Notes under the pieces: model-generated
What the model saw: only the letters and a program-made list of their open reading frames with translations
Databases searched by the model: none
What the model was told of the DNA's origin: nothing
Shown: positions 8,092-17,196 of the stretch, one piece after another
How positions within the stretch are numbered: the first letter of the stretch is position 1
Layout of the letters: each line of letters starts with the position of its first letter
From: a virus
Virus record (IMG/VR): IMGVR_UViG_3300010398_000002
Location: 1 to 64,000 of that record
Strand: one strand, 5' to 3'
DNA length: 64,000 nucleotides
Made by a program: the position numbers and the translations under genes

Positions 8092-9618
8092 CTAAACGTC
8101 AAAAAATGTCATTTGTGTGTCTCTAGGGCTGTGTACCTCACCGTCGGGACGCCACGGCAGCTTGAGCCCGGCCGGGCCGTCATAAGCAGCAGCGTCCTCA
8201 CCAGCGGCTGTCGAGCCCAGCAGCCCGGCAATGATCGGCGTGGGCTCACCACTGCGCGGCACCACCTGCGCGCCCACCAACTGCGGCTTCTTCATCAGGT
8301 GCCAGGCCAACGCGAAGCTGGACACCGGGTCAGGAAGGTGGCTGGTGTAATACTCGCGGTGTAAGTACAAGTCCTCTATCGTTGCGTAGAGATGGGCGGT
8401 ATAAGCGGAGAAGACCATTGGTGCTCGTACGTCCCCGCGCTCCACCGCTGCGACGTATTCGGACAGAAGATCGTCACGCTCTCGTCCGACCATGACGAAG
8501 TTGACTGCGCGACCTTCGATGTAGTCGTTGACCACATTGCCGAGACCTGTTCCATCGTGGATTCCCCTTGCGTTGTAAGCCTTCTTGAGCCTATTGAACT
8601 CCCCGATCATGACGGGGTACGGGCGCCGATGGGCCCGGTAGTAGTACACGAGCCGCACCGGTCGGCGCTCGCAGCGCCAGACCGAGATCACCGTGTAGTC
8701 CTGCTCCTTGGCCCAGTCTGCACCTATCACATACTCTGCTGCACGCTCCGGCTTCTCGAACTCATAGCGTTCCAGCTCCGCGCGCGCGGCACTCTTGAAC
8801 ATCTCGCCGGGGCGCAGCGAGAACATCTTGGCCACGGCACTGGAGTCGAATGCACGGTTGCCGACGCTGGGCTCCTGCAGCTCAAACTCGACTCGCCACA
8901 TCTCGGCAGACACATCCGAGCGCTTGCGCTCGACCATCTCCTGGGTGAGCCAGCCGTCGTAGTCGTTGGACGACTCCTTGTAGCACCAGCGATGCACAGA
9001 CCAATCGCGCTCGTCGGCGCGCTTGAGCACCTCGGCGAAGGTGCCGTCGGGGTACTGCAGCGTGCTGCTGGCCACCGTCTGGGACTGGATGCCCTTCTTC
9101 TGCAGCGGCTGGCCCATGGCCGCGTCGAAGATTTTGAGGTCCATCTCATCCACCTCGTCGAGGCGGAGCCGCTGCGGGTGCGGGCCACGCACGGTCTTCA
9201 TCGAGGCCGTCAGCGGGCGCACGATCGCACCGTTGGAGAGCACCAGCTGGCTTGTGATGTCGCTCTGAATCATCCATGCCGGGGCCAGGGGCGCGTTCCA
9301 GCCCTCGCGCATGGCCTCCTGGACGTTCTGTGATTGGAACAGCGATCCGCCCAGCACGGTGGCATCTGCGCCCAGCACGACGGCTTCAGTGAGCGTCAGG
9401 TAGGCCAACGTGCGGCTCTTGCCGCCCAGGCCACGACTGGCCAGCCACACGCTCACCGGGGCACTGGCGAAGAACGCCTCGGCCAGCGCATCGAACGGCG
9501 TGCTGTGCTCCGGGCAGACCTGCTTGGACGGGATGGTGATACCCCAGAGCGTCTGCACGAGCAGATACAGCTCGGTACGGTCGGCTGGTGGCCTGGCCAG
9601 GGCAAGCTGCGCGGTCAT
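8092..9618 (-). CDS. terL: terminase large subunit
   Basis: About 508 aa from ATG 9618 (ATGA overlap with upstream fibre gene; track start 9687 would overlap by 73 nt). Size and portal neighbourhood fit TerL. ATPase and nuclease halves judged by eye only. Confidence 0.75.
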   Translation of the reverse strand: MTAQLALARPPADRTELYLLVQTLWGITIPSKQVCPEHSTPFDALAEAFFASAPVSVWLASRGLGGKSRTLAYLTLTEAVVLGADATVLGGSLFQSQNVQEAMREGWNAPLAPAWMIQSDITSQLVLSNGAIVRPLTASMKTVRGPHPQRLRLDEVDEMDLKIFDAAMGQPLQKKGIQSQTVASSTLQYPDGTFAEVLKRADERDWSVHRWCYKESSNDYDGWLTQEMVERKRSDVSAEMWRVEFELQEPSVGNRAFDSSAVAKMFSLRPGEMFKSAARAELERYEFEKPERAAEYVIGADWAKEQDYTVISVWRCERRPVRLVYYYRAHRRPYPVMIGEFNRLKKAYNARGIHDGTGLGNVVNDYIEGRAVNFVMVGRERDDLLSEYVAAVERGDVRAPMVFSAYTAHLYATIEDLYLHREYYTSHLPDPVSSFALAWHLMKKPQLVGAQVVPRSGEPTPIIAGLLGSTAAGEDAAAYDGPAGLKLPWRPDGEVHSPRDTQMTFFDV

Positions 9619-12600
9619 ACCACCGTCTTCCAGGTCGAGCCGGTCCATACCTTGACCGGCTTGGTGGCCCAGCTGGTACCAGTCCACACCTTGGCAGGCT
9701 TGAGCGCCCAGGTGCTACCCGTCCAGACCTTGGGATAACCGGTGATGCCACCAGCTGTCGCGGTGGCGATCGCACTGATGACAAGCGCTGCACTCGCGGT
9801 GAGCTTCGCCGCTGCACTGGCCGGGCCCGCGAACAACACGAGCGAGGCAGTTGCAGCGACCTGCGCAGCAGCGACGACCGCAGCCGAGACGACCAGCACG
9901 GCGTTAGCGACAGCAATTGCCTTTGGCGCAGCGCTTGCCGAGATCACCAACACGCTCGTGGCGGTCATGGTCGCCTTAGGAATGGCCGTCGCCGAGATGA
10001 TAAGTACGGCGGTGCCACTGACCCCTGGAAGTTGCACAGAACCGGTTGCCGAGATCACGAGCACGGCAGCGGCTGTTCCCGCCGCAGCAGCTGCAGCACT
10101 CGCCGCAATGCTCAGCACGGCGGTGCCAGAAACCGGTACCGGCTGAACCGCACCGGTAGCGGCAATCACCAGTACAGCGGTCGCGCCCGCCGCTGCCTTG
10201 ACGGTGACGCTGGCACTGACCACCAGCACCGCAGCACCGGTCAGACCGCCGCCCACCAGAGCGGTGGCGGTAGCAGATAGCGCCATGGTGGCTATCGCAG
10301 TCACCTGAGCACTAGGCGCTGCCGTGGCGCCTATGACCAGCACTGCAGTAGCCGTAACCGGTGCGCTCACGGCCATCGTGGCGGTGATGGTGAGCGCCGC
10401 CGCCCCGGAGAATGACGGGACAGCGCTGGCAGCAAAGGTGAGTTGTGCGGTCGCGCTCGGTGCAGCTACCGCTACCGTGCTCGCCGCGATGACAAGTACC
10501 GCTGTTGCCGTGGGAACAGCAGCCGCAGTAACTCCGGCGGAAAGCACCAACACAGCGGTGGTGCTCGGCGCCGCCGCCCGAGCTGCCGCACTAGCCAGCA
10601 GTGACAACGCGGCTGTCGCCGATACGGGCACGACAGTGGCGACCGGACCGGCGCTGAAAACGAGCACAGCTGTCCCTGTCACACCGGTCACCGCCGAGGC
10701 CGTCCCGGTAGCGAGCAGCGTGAGTGAGGCCGTTGCGCTAGGCGCAGCAATTGCTGGTGCGCTGGCAGCAATGACCAGCACAGCTGTGGCGCTGACCGGT
10801 GCCGCAAACGTGCCAGTGGCGCTGATGACCAGCACCGCTGTTGCCGTCCCGGCAATGACGGCGGCGCCAGCGGTGGCACTGAAAGCCAGCACGGCTGTAG
10901 CCGTTGGCTTCGCGACAGCCACCGCAGTACCGGCGACAACACTCAGCGCTGCGGTAGCAGTAGGCGCGGCAGCAATCGTCCCTGTCGCCGAAATAGACAG
11001 GCTGGCTGTACCTGTGGCGAGAGCGGTCGCAGCGGCACTGCCGGTCGCCAAGAGCGACATGCTGGCAGTAGCCGTGACGGGAGCTGCTGGTGTAGCGCTG
11101 GCAGCCAGGCTCATGCTGGCCGTAGCCGTGGCCGGTGCTGCTGCCGAAGCCGGACCGGCGGCGATCGACAATGAGGCGGTGGCGGTTGGTCCGGCTGACA
11201 GCGCGCGAATCTCGGCGGCGAAGCGATAAGTGCTGGCGTTGCTGACCGTGTTGGTGAGGGCGATGGTCTGCGCGGTCGAGGCAATGGTGTTGGCAACGCC
11301 AGCCATCGAGAGTGCGGTCGCGCCTGAGTATGTCGTGTCATTGTCCGAGATAGCCGTGGCGGCGTTCGGGGTCGGGTTCGAGATAGCCTCGAAGGTGTCT
11401 TCCAACGCGGCGACGATCCAGCTACCCGAATAGGTCGGCGTGAGAGTGACGGTGGGCACTGTGCCCGAGTTGGAGTTGGCCGTGGCGCCCAGCAGCGAGG
11501 TGTAGTTGTCGCCGCTGATCTCGACGATGTCGGCGAGGATATGAAGGACGCCCGAGCCTCCCGTGACCGCGATCACCGACGGACCTGGGTTGCTCGTGCA
11601 GTGCACCATCCAGATGGATATGTCCGGCGAGAATCCATCCGCCTGCCATCTCGCCAGCGGCGACGCTCCCCACGAACCGGACCCACCAGAAGACCAAGCC
11701 ACGCTCGTGACAGCTCCGCCTGTGCCGGTGCCGTCCGTGAGCGTCACACACAAAAGCAGGTACGTGGAGCCCGAGACGGGTGAGAAGCTCGCCAACGAGC
11801 CAGAGGTGGCCGTGACCTTCAGCGACGGCGTCGGCGACGGGTTCTTCACGATCACCGCGTTCGACGGAGCCGTTGCGGCCGGACCGAGCCAGTTTCCCTC
11901 GGATAGCGCCAGATCGTCGAGCCAGATCGTCGGCTGGCTTCCGGACGTGGAGTATTCCCCGAAGGTTGCCGTGGTCGCGCTGAACTGGGCCGTCGCGTTC
12001 ATCGTGATGACGTCGTCTGGCAGCAGGAACGAGTCCGCGTTCTTATACAGCCGAACTGTGCCGACAGTGTTCGGCCCGGAACTCACCATCGACAGCTCGA
12101 TCCGGACCCACTGGCCCGTGGGAACCGAGACCGCGCCGAGCGGGCCGTTGGTACCGCTCGACTGGAGAAACAGCGGGCCAGTGTTGTTGATCCAGACGTC
12201 CATGGTCGAAGCGGAGCCGGTGAGGGTGCACAGCCTCCACACGGCGGGGCTCGTCGGGAGGCTGGTGATGTAGAGATAGAAGCGCGCGTACAGCGTCGTC
12301 TTGGTCGGCACGTTCCAGATGACCGTGGAGTTGGCGTTGCCGACGCCTCCAGTCGCGGCCATCGCCTTGGTGCCGTGCATCGCCTGCGTGGTGTTGTACG
12401 TCGGGGTGAAGGAACTGCCGACGCCGTCGAAGGAATCGCCGCTGCCGGTGTCCGTGGTCGTGATATTGGAGCCGCTGGCGCCGCCCTCGAAGTTGTAGCT
12501 GCGAGAGAACAGGGTCGGGGTGAGCGGACCGACCGTGTTCGAGGTGGACGAGCCCTGCGAGTTGTTGCCGACGACGTAGAACCAGTAAGGCTGCCCAGTG

Positions 12601-13409
12601 GTCAGGCTGGTCGCGGTGTAACCGGTCTGACCGGTCTGACCGGTGGCGATCTGGCTAAAGCTGGACCCGTCGGTGGACTGCCAGATGGCGTAGGTCGGAA
12701 CCGGGTTCGCGGCGGCGTCCGCCGTCCAGCTCAGCGCGACGGAGGTGGGAGAGGCGACCAACCCGCTGATGGTGCGTGCGCTCGGTGCGACCAGCTGCAG
12801 CGGGATGTCGGCCGGTGCGTTGAGGTACGTTGCGATGGGGGCAGCGCCCTCGGTGGTGCCGTCGTAGTAGATCGTGTTGTTGTAGGCGGTGCCCATGGAC
12901 TGGGTGGTGTTCTCCCGCCACCACTCGACTACGAGAACGTCGCCGTTCTGAATGGTGACGTTGGCGCCGGTCACGGTGATGTCACAGATGCTGAACGCCG
13001 TGAAGGCTTCTACTGCGCTGCTCGCCGTCGTGACGTCGCAGATTCGGGTGCCGACCATCGCGCCCGTGCCCGGCCGCCAGAAGTAGATGCACATGCCGGT
13101 GAAGAAGTTGGACGCCGCGTTGGCTTCCGAATACCCGCCGTTGAGGTGCCAGCTCCCGGCGCCGTACGTCCCGGCCGCCAGTGGCGGTGACACCCAGGTG
13201 CGGAACCACGTCGGCTGCGCCGAGGTGGTTGCGTTGGTGTTGATCGCCACGGTGACGGGCCCCGTAGAGGTCCCGATCGTGCCGTTCATCACCCGAGGCG
13301 TGCTCGCCCCGGGTACGGTCTGCGCCGAGGTGAGGCTGGACTGTTTGGTGGTGGGAAGAGTGCCCGCGACACTGGAGTTCGCGTCGTGCAGGTAGAACTT
13401 CTGAGTCAC
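9615..13409 (-). CDS. giant tail fibre / minor tail protein (1264 aa)
   Basis: Contains an FN3-like segment and a lectin/LamG-like segment, then an Ala/Thr-rich ~19-aa repeat region and a C-terminal triple KVWTGSxW..KP motif typical of actinophage fibres. Confidence 0.75.
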   Translation of the reverse strand: MTQKFYLHDANSSVAGTLPTTKQSSLTSAQTVPGASTPRVMNGTIGTSTGPVTVAINTNATTSAQPTWFRTWVSPPLAAGTYGAGSWHLNGGYSEANAASNFFTGMCIYFWRPGTGAMVGTRICDVTTASSAVEAFTAFSICDITVTGANVTIQNGDVLVVEWWRENTTQSMGTAYNNTIYYDGTTEGAAPIATYLNAPADIPLQLVAPSARTISGLVASPTSVALSWTADAAANPVPTYAIWQSTDGSSFSQIATGQTGQTGYTATSLTTGQPYWFYVVGNNSQGSSTSNTVGPLTPTLFSRSYNFEGGASGSNITTTDTGSGDSFDGVGSSFTPTYNTTQAMHGTKAMAATGGVGNANSTVIWNVPTKTTLYARFYLYITSLPTSPAVWRLCTLTGSASTMDVWINNTGPLFLQSSGTNGPLGAVSVPTGQWVRIELSMVSSGPNTVGTVRLYKNADSFLLPDDVITMNATAQFSATTATFGEYSTSGSQPTIWLDDLALSEGNWLGPAATAPSNAVIVKNPSPTPSLKVTATSGSLASFSPVSGSTYLLLCVTLTDGTGTGGAVTSVAWSSGGSGSWGASPLARWQADGFSPDISIWMVHCTSNPGPSVIAVTGGSGVLHILADIVEISGDNYTSLLGATANSNSGTVPTVTLTPTYSGSWIVAALEDTFEAISNPTPNAATAISDNDTTYSGATALSMAGVANTIASTAQTIALTNTVSNASTYRFAAEIRALSAGPTATASLSIAAGPASAAAPATATASMSLAASATPAAPVTATASMSLLATGSAAATALATGTASLSISATGTIAAAPTATAALSVVAGTAVAVAKPTATAVLAFSATAGAAVIAGTATAVLVISATGTFAAPVSATAVLVIAASAPAIAAPSATASLTLLATGTASAVTGVTGTAVLVFSAGPVATVVPVSATAALSLLASAAARAAAPSTTAVLVLSAGVTAAAVPTATAVLVIAASTVAVAAPSATAQLTFAASAVPSFSGAAALTITATMAVSAPVTATAVLVIGATAAPSAQVTAIATMALSATATALVGGGLTGAAVLVVSASVTVKAAAGATAVLVIAATGAVQPVPVSGTAVLSIAASAAAAAAGTAAAVLVISATGSVQLPGVSGTAVLIISATAIPKATMTATSVLVISASAAPKAIAVANAVLVVSAAVVAAAQVAATASLVLFAGPASAAAKLTASAALVISAIATATAGGITGYPKVWTGSTWALKPAKVWTGTSWATKPVKVWTGSTWKTVV
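9740..11220 (-). repeat. in-frame tandem repeats (~57-60 nt) encoding ...ATAVLVISATG...-type units
   Basis: More than 20 recognisable peptide repeats in the C-terminal half of the 1264-aa ORF. Both antisense frames give Ala-rich shadow ORFs. Confidence 0.7.
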
Positions 13410-13705
13410 GGCTCAAGCTCCGTGATCACCAGCGGACAGCAACCCTCGAAGCCGGGCGCCACCGGGGAGTCCAGCGCGTAGCCCAGCCGTGGACCGAGCA
13501 GAACCCGCAGCTCATCCAGGTGCTCGTGGTCACGCACTACGGTGGGCGCGCCGTCCACGTCGATGACCGCGCCGATAATGCAGTTGCCGATGCCGACGCA
13601 AGTGCCGTCCACCCGCCAGCGGGCGCCGTCATCCCGGCGATAGACGACCCAGCCGTCGTCTTGATCCTCGATGACGACGTGCGGGTCCTGGGTCGGCGTC
13701 GCCAT
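13406..13705 (-). CDS. hypothetical protein (99 aa)
   Basis: ATGA coupling to the downstream fibre gene. Contains a C-x-G-x-G-N-C stretch. Confidence 0.6.
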   Translation of the reverse strand: MATPTQDPHVVIEDQDDGWVVYRRDDGARWRVDGTCVGIGNCIIGAVIDVDGAPTVVRDHEHLDELRVLLGPRLGYALDSPVAPGFEGCCPLVITELEP

Positions 13706-13711
13706 CTGGGC

Positions 13712-14077
13712 TCATGTGATCGAGACGCTGATCGCACCCGCCGCGATAGTGATGGTGGCTGCGGTCACGCCGGAAGCCAGCGCACCACCCAGCGCGTAGT
13801 TGCCAGCGCTGGCCACGTTGTAGGTGCCGAAGTAGGTGACCGCCACCGACCCTGCCGTGGAGAACGACAGCGAGCTGGAGTTCGTCTTGGCGCCACCGGC
13901 AGCGGCGTTCCAGGAGCACGCCTGGCGGGCATAGCCACCGGTCGCCGCGTTCTCGGTAGCGCCTGTGGTGCCGGGGTCACCCGTGTGCAGCGACACGTAG
14001 CCGATGACGTTGGTGGCGCCGGTTCCGTCCAGGCCGTTCAGCGCGGCGTTCTCAGCGGCAGCTGCGGCACGAGCCAT
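13712..14077 (-). CDS. small tail-associated protein, 'SLHTGDPG...GGYARQ' family (paralogue 1 of 3)
   Basis: Shares YxSLHT(G/A)DPG...E..GG(S/Y)YARQ with 58477..58848, and more loosely with 62092..62544. Confidence 0.6.
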   Translation of the reverse strand: MARAAAAAENAALNGLDGTGATNVIGYVSLHTGDPGTTGATENAATGGYARQACSWNAAAGGAKTNSSSLSFSTAGSVAVTYFGTYNVASAGNYALGGALASGVTAATITIAAGAISVSIT

Positions 14078-14080
14078 GAC

Positions 14081-14302
14081 TCAGGCCCCCGATCGCTTGA
14101 CGTGCCTGAACTTCTCTTCGCTGTAGAGGAACAGCGGATGCCCCTCTTTCTCGTAGCGCTGGCCGATCAGCTCGGCGACCTCCAGCGCGCGCTCCGGGGA
14201 TTCCACCTCGATCTGGTCGGCGGACACGTCGTACTCGGTACCGTCGGCTGCAGTGACCGTGCCCTGGATCGGGCCGGTGACCACGACATGGGGTCCAGTC
14301 AT
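14081..14302 (-). CDS. hypothetical protein (73 aa)
   Basis: ATG 14302 after GAGAGGA SD. Trimmed from track ORF 14081..14446, whose N-terminus is Pro/Arg-rich junk. Confidence 0.55.
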   Translation of the reverse strand: MTGPHVVVTGPIQGTVTAADGTEYDVSADQIEVESPERALEVAELIGQRYEKEGHPLFLYSEEKFRHVKRSGA

Positions 14303-14312
14303 CTGATTCCTC

Positions 14313-14597
14313 TCAGGTTGTGTCGATCCAGACGTCGCCCACCGAGGGTGAGCTGGGCGCTGTGGTGCCAACGGTGAGCGCGACGCTCCAGGTAGTGGCG
14401 TAATCGGCAGAGGAAGCCTTGGCCAGCAACTGGTTGGGCCGACCACCGGCTGGCACTCCCACTCCCGCCGGGCCCGTTGATTGCGCAGTGGCGGTCGGCC
14501 GGTTCTTCAATGCCGCCGAAGCGCTGGGACGCACGAGGTGCGGTGCAGCGGTCTTCGTCCCTGGTGTGCTCACCGCAACCTTGTACGGACTGGTCAT
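14313..14597 (-). CDS. minor tail protein fragment-like (94 aa)
   Basis: Motif NQLLAKASSADYATTW...GDVWIDT, as at the N-termini of actinophage fibre proteins. Same motif twice in 17197..18633. Confidence 0.55.
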   Translation of the reverse strand: MTSPYKVAVSTPGTKTAAPHLVRPSASAALKNRPTATAQSTGPAGVGVPAGGRPNQLLAKASSADYATTWSVALTVGTTAPSSPSVGDVWIDTT

Positions 14598-15067
14598 GGC
14601 CGGGTCACCTCGGCCGTCACGGTCACTTTCCCGGCGACCAGCGTGGTGATGTTCCCGCCAGCGTCGGTGATCTGGCAGTCCCAGACCGCAGCGGCGGGCA
14701 ACCCGGCCGAACTCGTGTGCGACAGGTGCAGATGGATCACGTTCTTGTTGACTGCATCGACGGTGGCGATGAAGGTAGCTATCGCGGTCGTATCCGCCGC
14801 CGTCACCCGGATTTCCGATTTCGGCGTGGCTCCGGTCAGGTCGGCGTTTGTGCTGTCTGGGTTGGTAACCGTCAGGTCGAGGTAGAAGTCATCGCCCGCG
14901 TAGAGCGCCAGGTCCTGCGAGAGCGGCAGTGCGCTGATCGGACCGGCGGCTTGCAGCTCTGGAGCTTGGGCGGTCTCACCCACCACGGCAAGGCTCCGAG
15001 ACAACAACCGCTGCGGACTGGTCACGGAAATATCATCGCCCGCCAGACCCGTCACCCCTGCAGGCAC
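14594..15067 (-). CDS. minor tail protein (Ig-like, '...LYAGDDF.L.L.V...WD.Q..D' family)
   Basis: 157 aa. Alternative GTG at 15055 would give a GTGA overlap with the upstream stop. Similar architecture to 20919..21650. Confidence 0.6.
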   Translation of the reverse strand: MPAGVTGLAGDDISVTSPQRLLSRSLAVVGETAQAPELQAAGPISALPLSQDLALYAGDDFYLDLTVTNPDSTNADLTGATPKSEIRVTAADTTAIATFIATVDAVNKNVIHLHLSHTSSAGLPAAAVWDCQITDAGGNITTLVAGKVTVTAEVTRP

Positions 15068-15612
15068 GTGAACAGGGTGATCTGCCCTCCAGGAGCGTTC
15101 AGCACCAACGTGGAGGGCGTGAACGACGGCGGGCAGACTATGCCGCCGGGCGGTCCTGACGGCCCCGATGGGCCAGGTCGTCCAGATGCACCAGGCGGTC
15201 CACTAGGGCCTCTAGGCCCCGGTGCACCACTTGGTCCAACGTCACCAGCACTCCCAGCAGCCCCGCCAGGCCCGCGCGGGCCAGTTCCACCGACAGCCCC
15301 CGGAATGCCTTGCTGGCCGGAAGTGCCTGGGGCGCCCGCCTGTCCTTGATCACCCTGAGCGCCTGGGGGACCCGTTGCTCCTCTTGCACCGCTCGCTCCT
15401 GCACTGCCTGCCGGACCCGGCGGTCCGGATGGGCCTGACGGCCCGGAAGGGCCAGGTATAAGGCTGGTGGTCGTTGAGCCGCTAGGGCTCGTCGTCTTCG
15501 CGTTTGCGGCGGCGATGCCGAAGCCGATCGACGTGGCGAGGAGAAGTGCCGCCACCACGAACGCGATTGTCGGCGTCCGCAGCACCTTCGCTGCCATGTC
15601 CGTAGGGCTCAT
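15052..15612 (-). CDS. collagen-like (Gly-X-Y) protein with N-terminal signal peptide / membrane anchor
   Basis: N-terminal hydrophobic [24 protein letters not shown], then roughly 30 or more GXY triplets, then a Cys-containing C-terminal knob. Confidence 0.65.
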   Translation of the reverse strand: MSPTDMAAKVLRTPTIAFVVAALLLATSIGFGIAAANAKTTSPSGSTTTSLIPGPSGPSGPSGPPGPAGSAGASGARGATGPPGAQGDQGQAGAPGTSGQQGIPGAVGGTGPRGPGGAAGSAGDVGPSGAPGPRGPSGPPGASGRPGPSGPSGPPGGIVCPPSFTPSTLVLNAPGGQITLFTCLQG

Positions 15613-15874
15613 ACGGTGTCACTGGCTCCCGAGGCGGCAGCGCAATGCCCTCCTGGACGAGCAGCAGCTCCAGCTCATGGTTGCGCGTCTCGGCCGCGAT
15701 ACGTTCATGGCGTTCCCTTGTCAGCAATTGACTGACTTGTTCCAACTCCTCCTGAGCCGCCTTGCGCTCGTTGGAGCGCACCGCGCGGATGGCCAGCAAC
15801 ACTCCACCGATCGCCGTGATGAGAGCGGCGATCCCGGTCAACAATGCGACCAGACCGAGACCAGTAGGGCTCAT
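15482..15874 (-). CDS. single-pass membrane protein with coiled coil (holin/spanin-like candidate)
   Basis: SD CAGGAGAGG. N-terminal [27 protein letters not shown]. The last ~40 aa overlap the next gene and look out-of-frame (Arg-rich). Confidence 0.5.
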   Translation of the reverse strand: MSPTGLGLVALLTGIAALITAIGGVLLAIRAVRSNERKAAQEELEQVSQLLTRERHERIAAETRNHELELLLVQEGIALPPREPVTPYEPYGHGSEGAADADNRVRGGGTSPRHVDRLRHRRRKREDDEP

Positions 15875-15951
15875 TCATTCGAGCCTCTCCTGTGGGAAGC
15901 TATCCGCTCGTGGGGGAGTGGTTGCTGCTGTACCTCATCCTCTTTCTCGGC

Positions 15952-16089
15952 TTAGTCCTGATTTCCGCACTCTTCGCTGGAATCCTCGCCGCTCTCATCG
16001 CCGTAATCGACGCCCTGGTGCACCTGTGGATAGCGAGGATGGGGCTCCATGATGGCGCCCTCGGGCAGGTCTTCTGGGGTATCACTCAC
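15952..16089 (-). CDS. tiny acidic protein (45 aa), uncertain
   Basis: GTGA-coupled to the upstream 51-aa ORF. GC3 only ~69% by my count. A 2-TM ORF lies antisense. Confidence 0.3.
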   Translation of the reverse strand: MSDTPEDLPEGAIMEPHPRYPQVHQGVDYGDESGEDSSEECGNQD

Positions 16090-16241
16090 GTAGGGTCCTC
16101 GGCTGTCTCGTCGTTCTCGTCCGCCAGCCTGGCCTCGTGCTCCTCGTCGAACCAATCCGGCTGAGCGCCCTTCAAGTGGGCGTCGCCACTGTCACGCCTT
16201 TCGGGCTCGCGCTCCGGCTTCGGCTCATCTCTATGGGTCAT
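16086..16241 (-). CDS. tiny acidic protein (51 aa)
   Basis: ATG 16241. MTHRDEPKPEREPERRD... GC3 ~80% by my count. Below track cutoff. Confidence 0.4.
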   Translation of the reverse strand: MTHRDEPKPEREPERRDSGDAHLKGAQPDWFDEEHEARLADENDETAEDPT

Positions 16242-16254
16242 CGCGGTTCATCCC

Positions 16255-16303
16255 TATAGTGTGACATAGTGGCAGCTTTTGGGTGCTCGCCAATTTTTTT
16301 CTC
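16255..16303 (+). promoter_or_regulatory. plus-oriented TATAGTGTGACATAGTGG box plus conserved GCTCGCCAATTTTTTTCTC, antisense to endolysin 3' end
   Basis: Same two-part element recurs at 17142-17192. Orientation is opposite to all surrounding genes. Confidence 0.4.
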
Positions 16304-17082
16304 TACGCAATTCCCAGCTTCGCCTTGATCGCGGCGATGTCCTTCTCCATCTCCGCCGTGCGGTAGTCGATGTAGGCGAGCACGTTGCCGTGTCGCGACG
16401 GACTGGACATCGACGGACCACCGGTACTGGGGTCGATCCGTGGCACCGTCAAGTTCTGGGCCCCGTTGTAGAAATCGTGCGCGGCCTTGTACGTGATGTT
16501 CTTGTACGAGTTTGCCCAGCTCGTCTGACCCTGCGGGGTAGCCTCGTTGAGCACCTTGCGCACAGCGTTCTCAAGATCAGTTTGTGTCGCCATGTCGAAC
16601 CAGTCTCCCGTCCCTGATGCGCCAGTAATAACTTGGGCGACACCTTGTAGCGCCGCATCGTTGTCCGCATACTCGCGCAAGACCGAGATGTGGACGTGCC
16701 AGAGGTGCGAGTCGTCACTCGTAACCGAGTAGTTGCCGTAGTAGTCCCAACCGCACACGTTGCGCCCGTCGGTACTGCCGAAGAACTCACGGATCGGATT
16801 CATCCGCGAGTCGTTCTTGGCGTTGAGCAGACGCTGGCTGACGGTGTACTGCCAGTTCGCCTCGCTCCAGGACATGTCGATGGCACTGGCGGCCTCGCCG
16901 TTGCCCTTCTTGTCCGGCGGTGTCTGCACCGAGTAGTCGTTGCTGCCCACATAATTGCGACCACGGTGGTATCCGTAGGTATGGGCAGAATCACCCACTA
17001 TCCCGGAGAGGATGGCCTGCGGGATGGCGGCGTGCACCGTGTCGAAGAGATGCTTGATGGCGTTGGGCGCGTACTCGGTCAT
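16303..17082 (-). CDS. endolysin, M15/VanY-like zinc peptidase N-terminal domain with C-terminal domain
   Basis: GDSAHTYGYH..., SAIDMS, DSHLWHVHIS resemble the H..D...H metal triad of M15 peptidases. Located beside membrane-protein genes. Confidence 0.7.
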   Translation of the reverse strand: MTEYAPNAIKHLFDTVHAAIPQAILSGIVGDSAHTYGYHRGRNYVGSNDYSVQTPPDKKGNGEAASAIDMSWSEANWQYTVSQRLLNAKNDSRMNPIREFFGSTDGRNVCGWDYYGNYSVTSDDSHLWHVHISVLREYADNDAALQGVAQVITGASGTGDWFDMATQTDLENAVRKVLNEATPQGQTSWANSYKNITYKAAHDFYNGAQNLTVPRIDPSTGGPSMSSPSRHGNVLAYIDYRTAEMEKDIAAIKAKLGIA

Positions 17083-17141
17083 GATCCGTTCCCGTCGCTC
17101 ATGACTTCACGGTAGGGCCACTGTCCAGGCATGTAAACGCG

Positions 17142-17192
17142 CAATAGTGTGGCATAGTGACCAAAATCTGGGCTCGCCAATATTTTTTCCTC
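17142..17192 (+). promoter_or_regulatory. plus-oriented CAATAGTGTGGCATAGTGA box plus GCTCGCCAATATTTTTTCCTC, antisense to tail-fibre 3' end
   Basis: Paralogous to 16255-16303. Lies between fibre stop (17197) and endolysin start (17082). Confidence 0.4.
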
Positions 17193-17196
17193 GCCG

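Noticed and set aside
9588-11229. Ala-rich plus-strand ORFs (9588..10280, 9742..10146, 10324..11229)
   Set aside because: They are antisense or alternative-frame readings of the Ala/Thr repeat region of the 1264-aa fibre gene.
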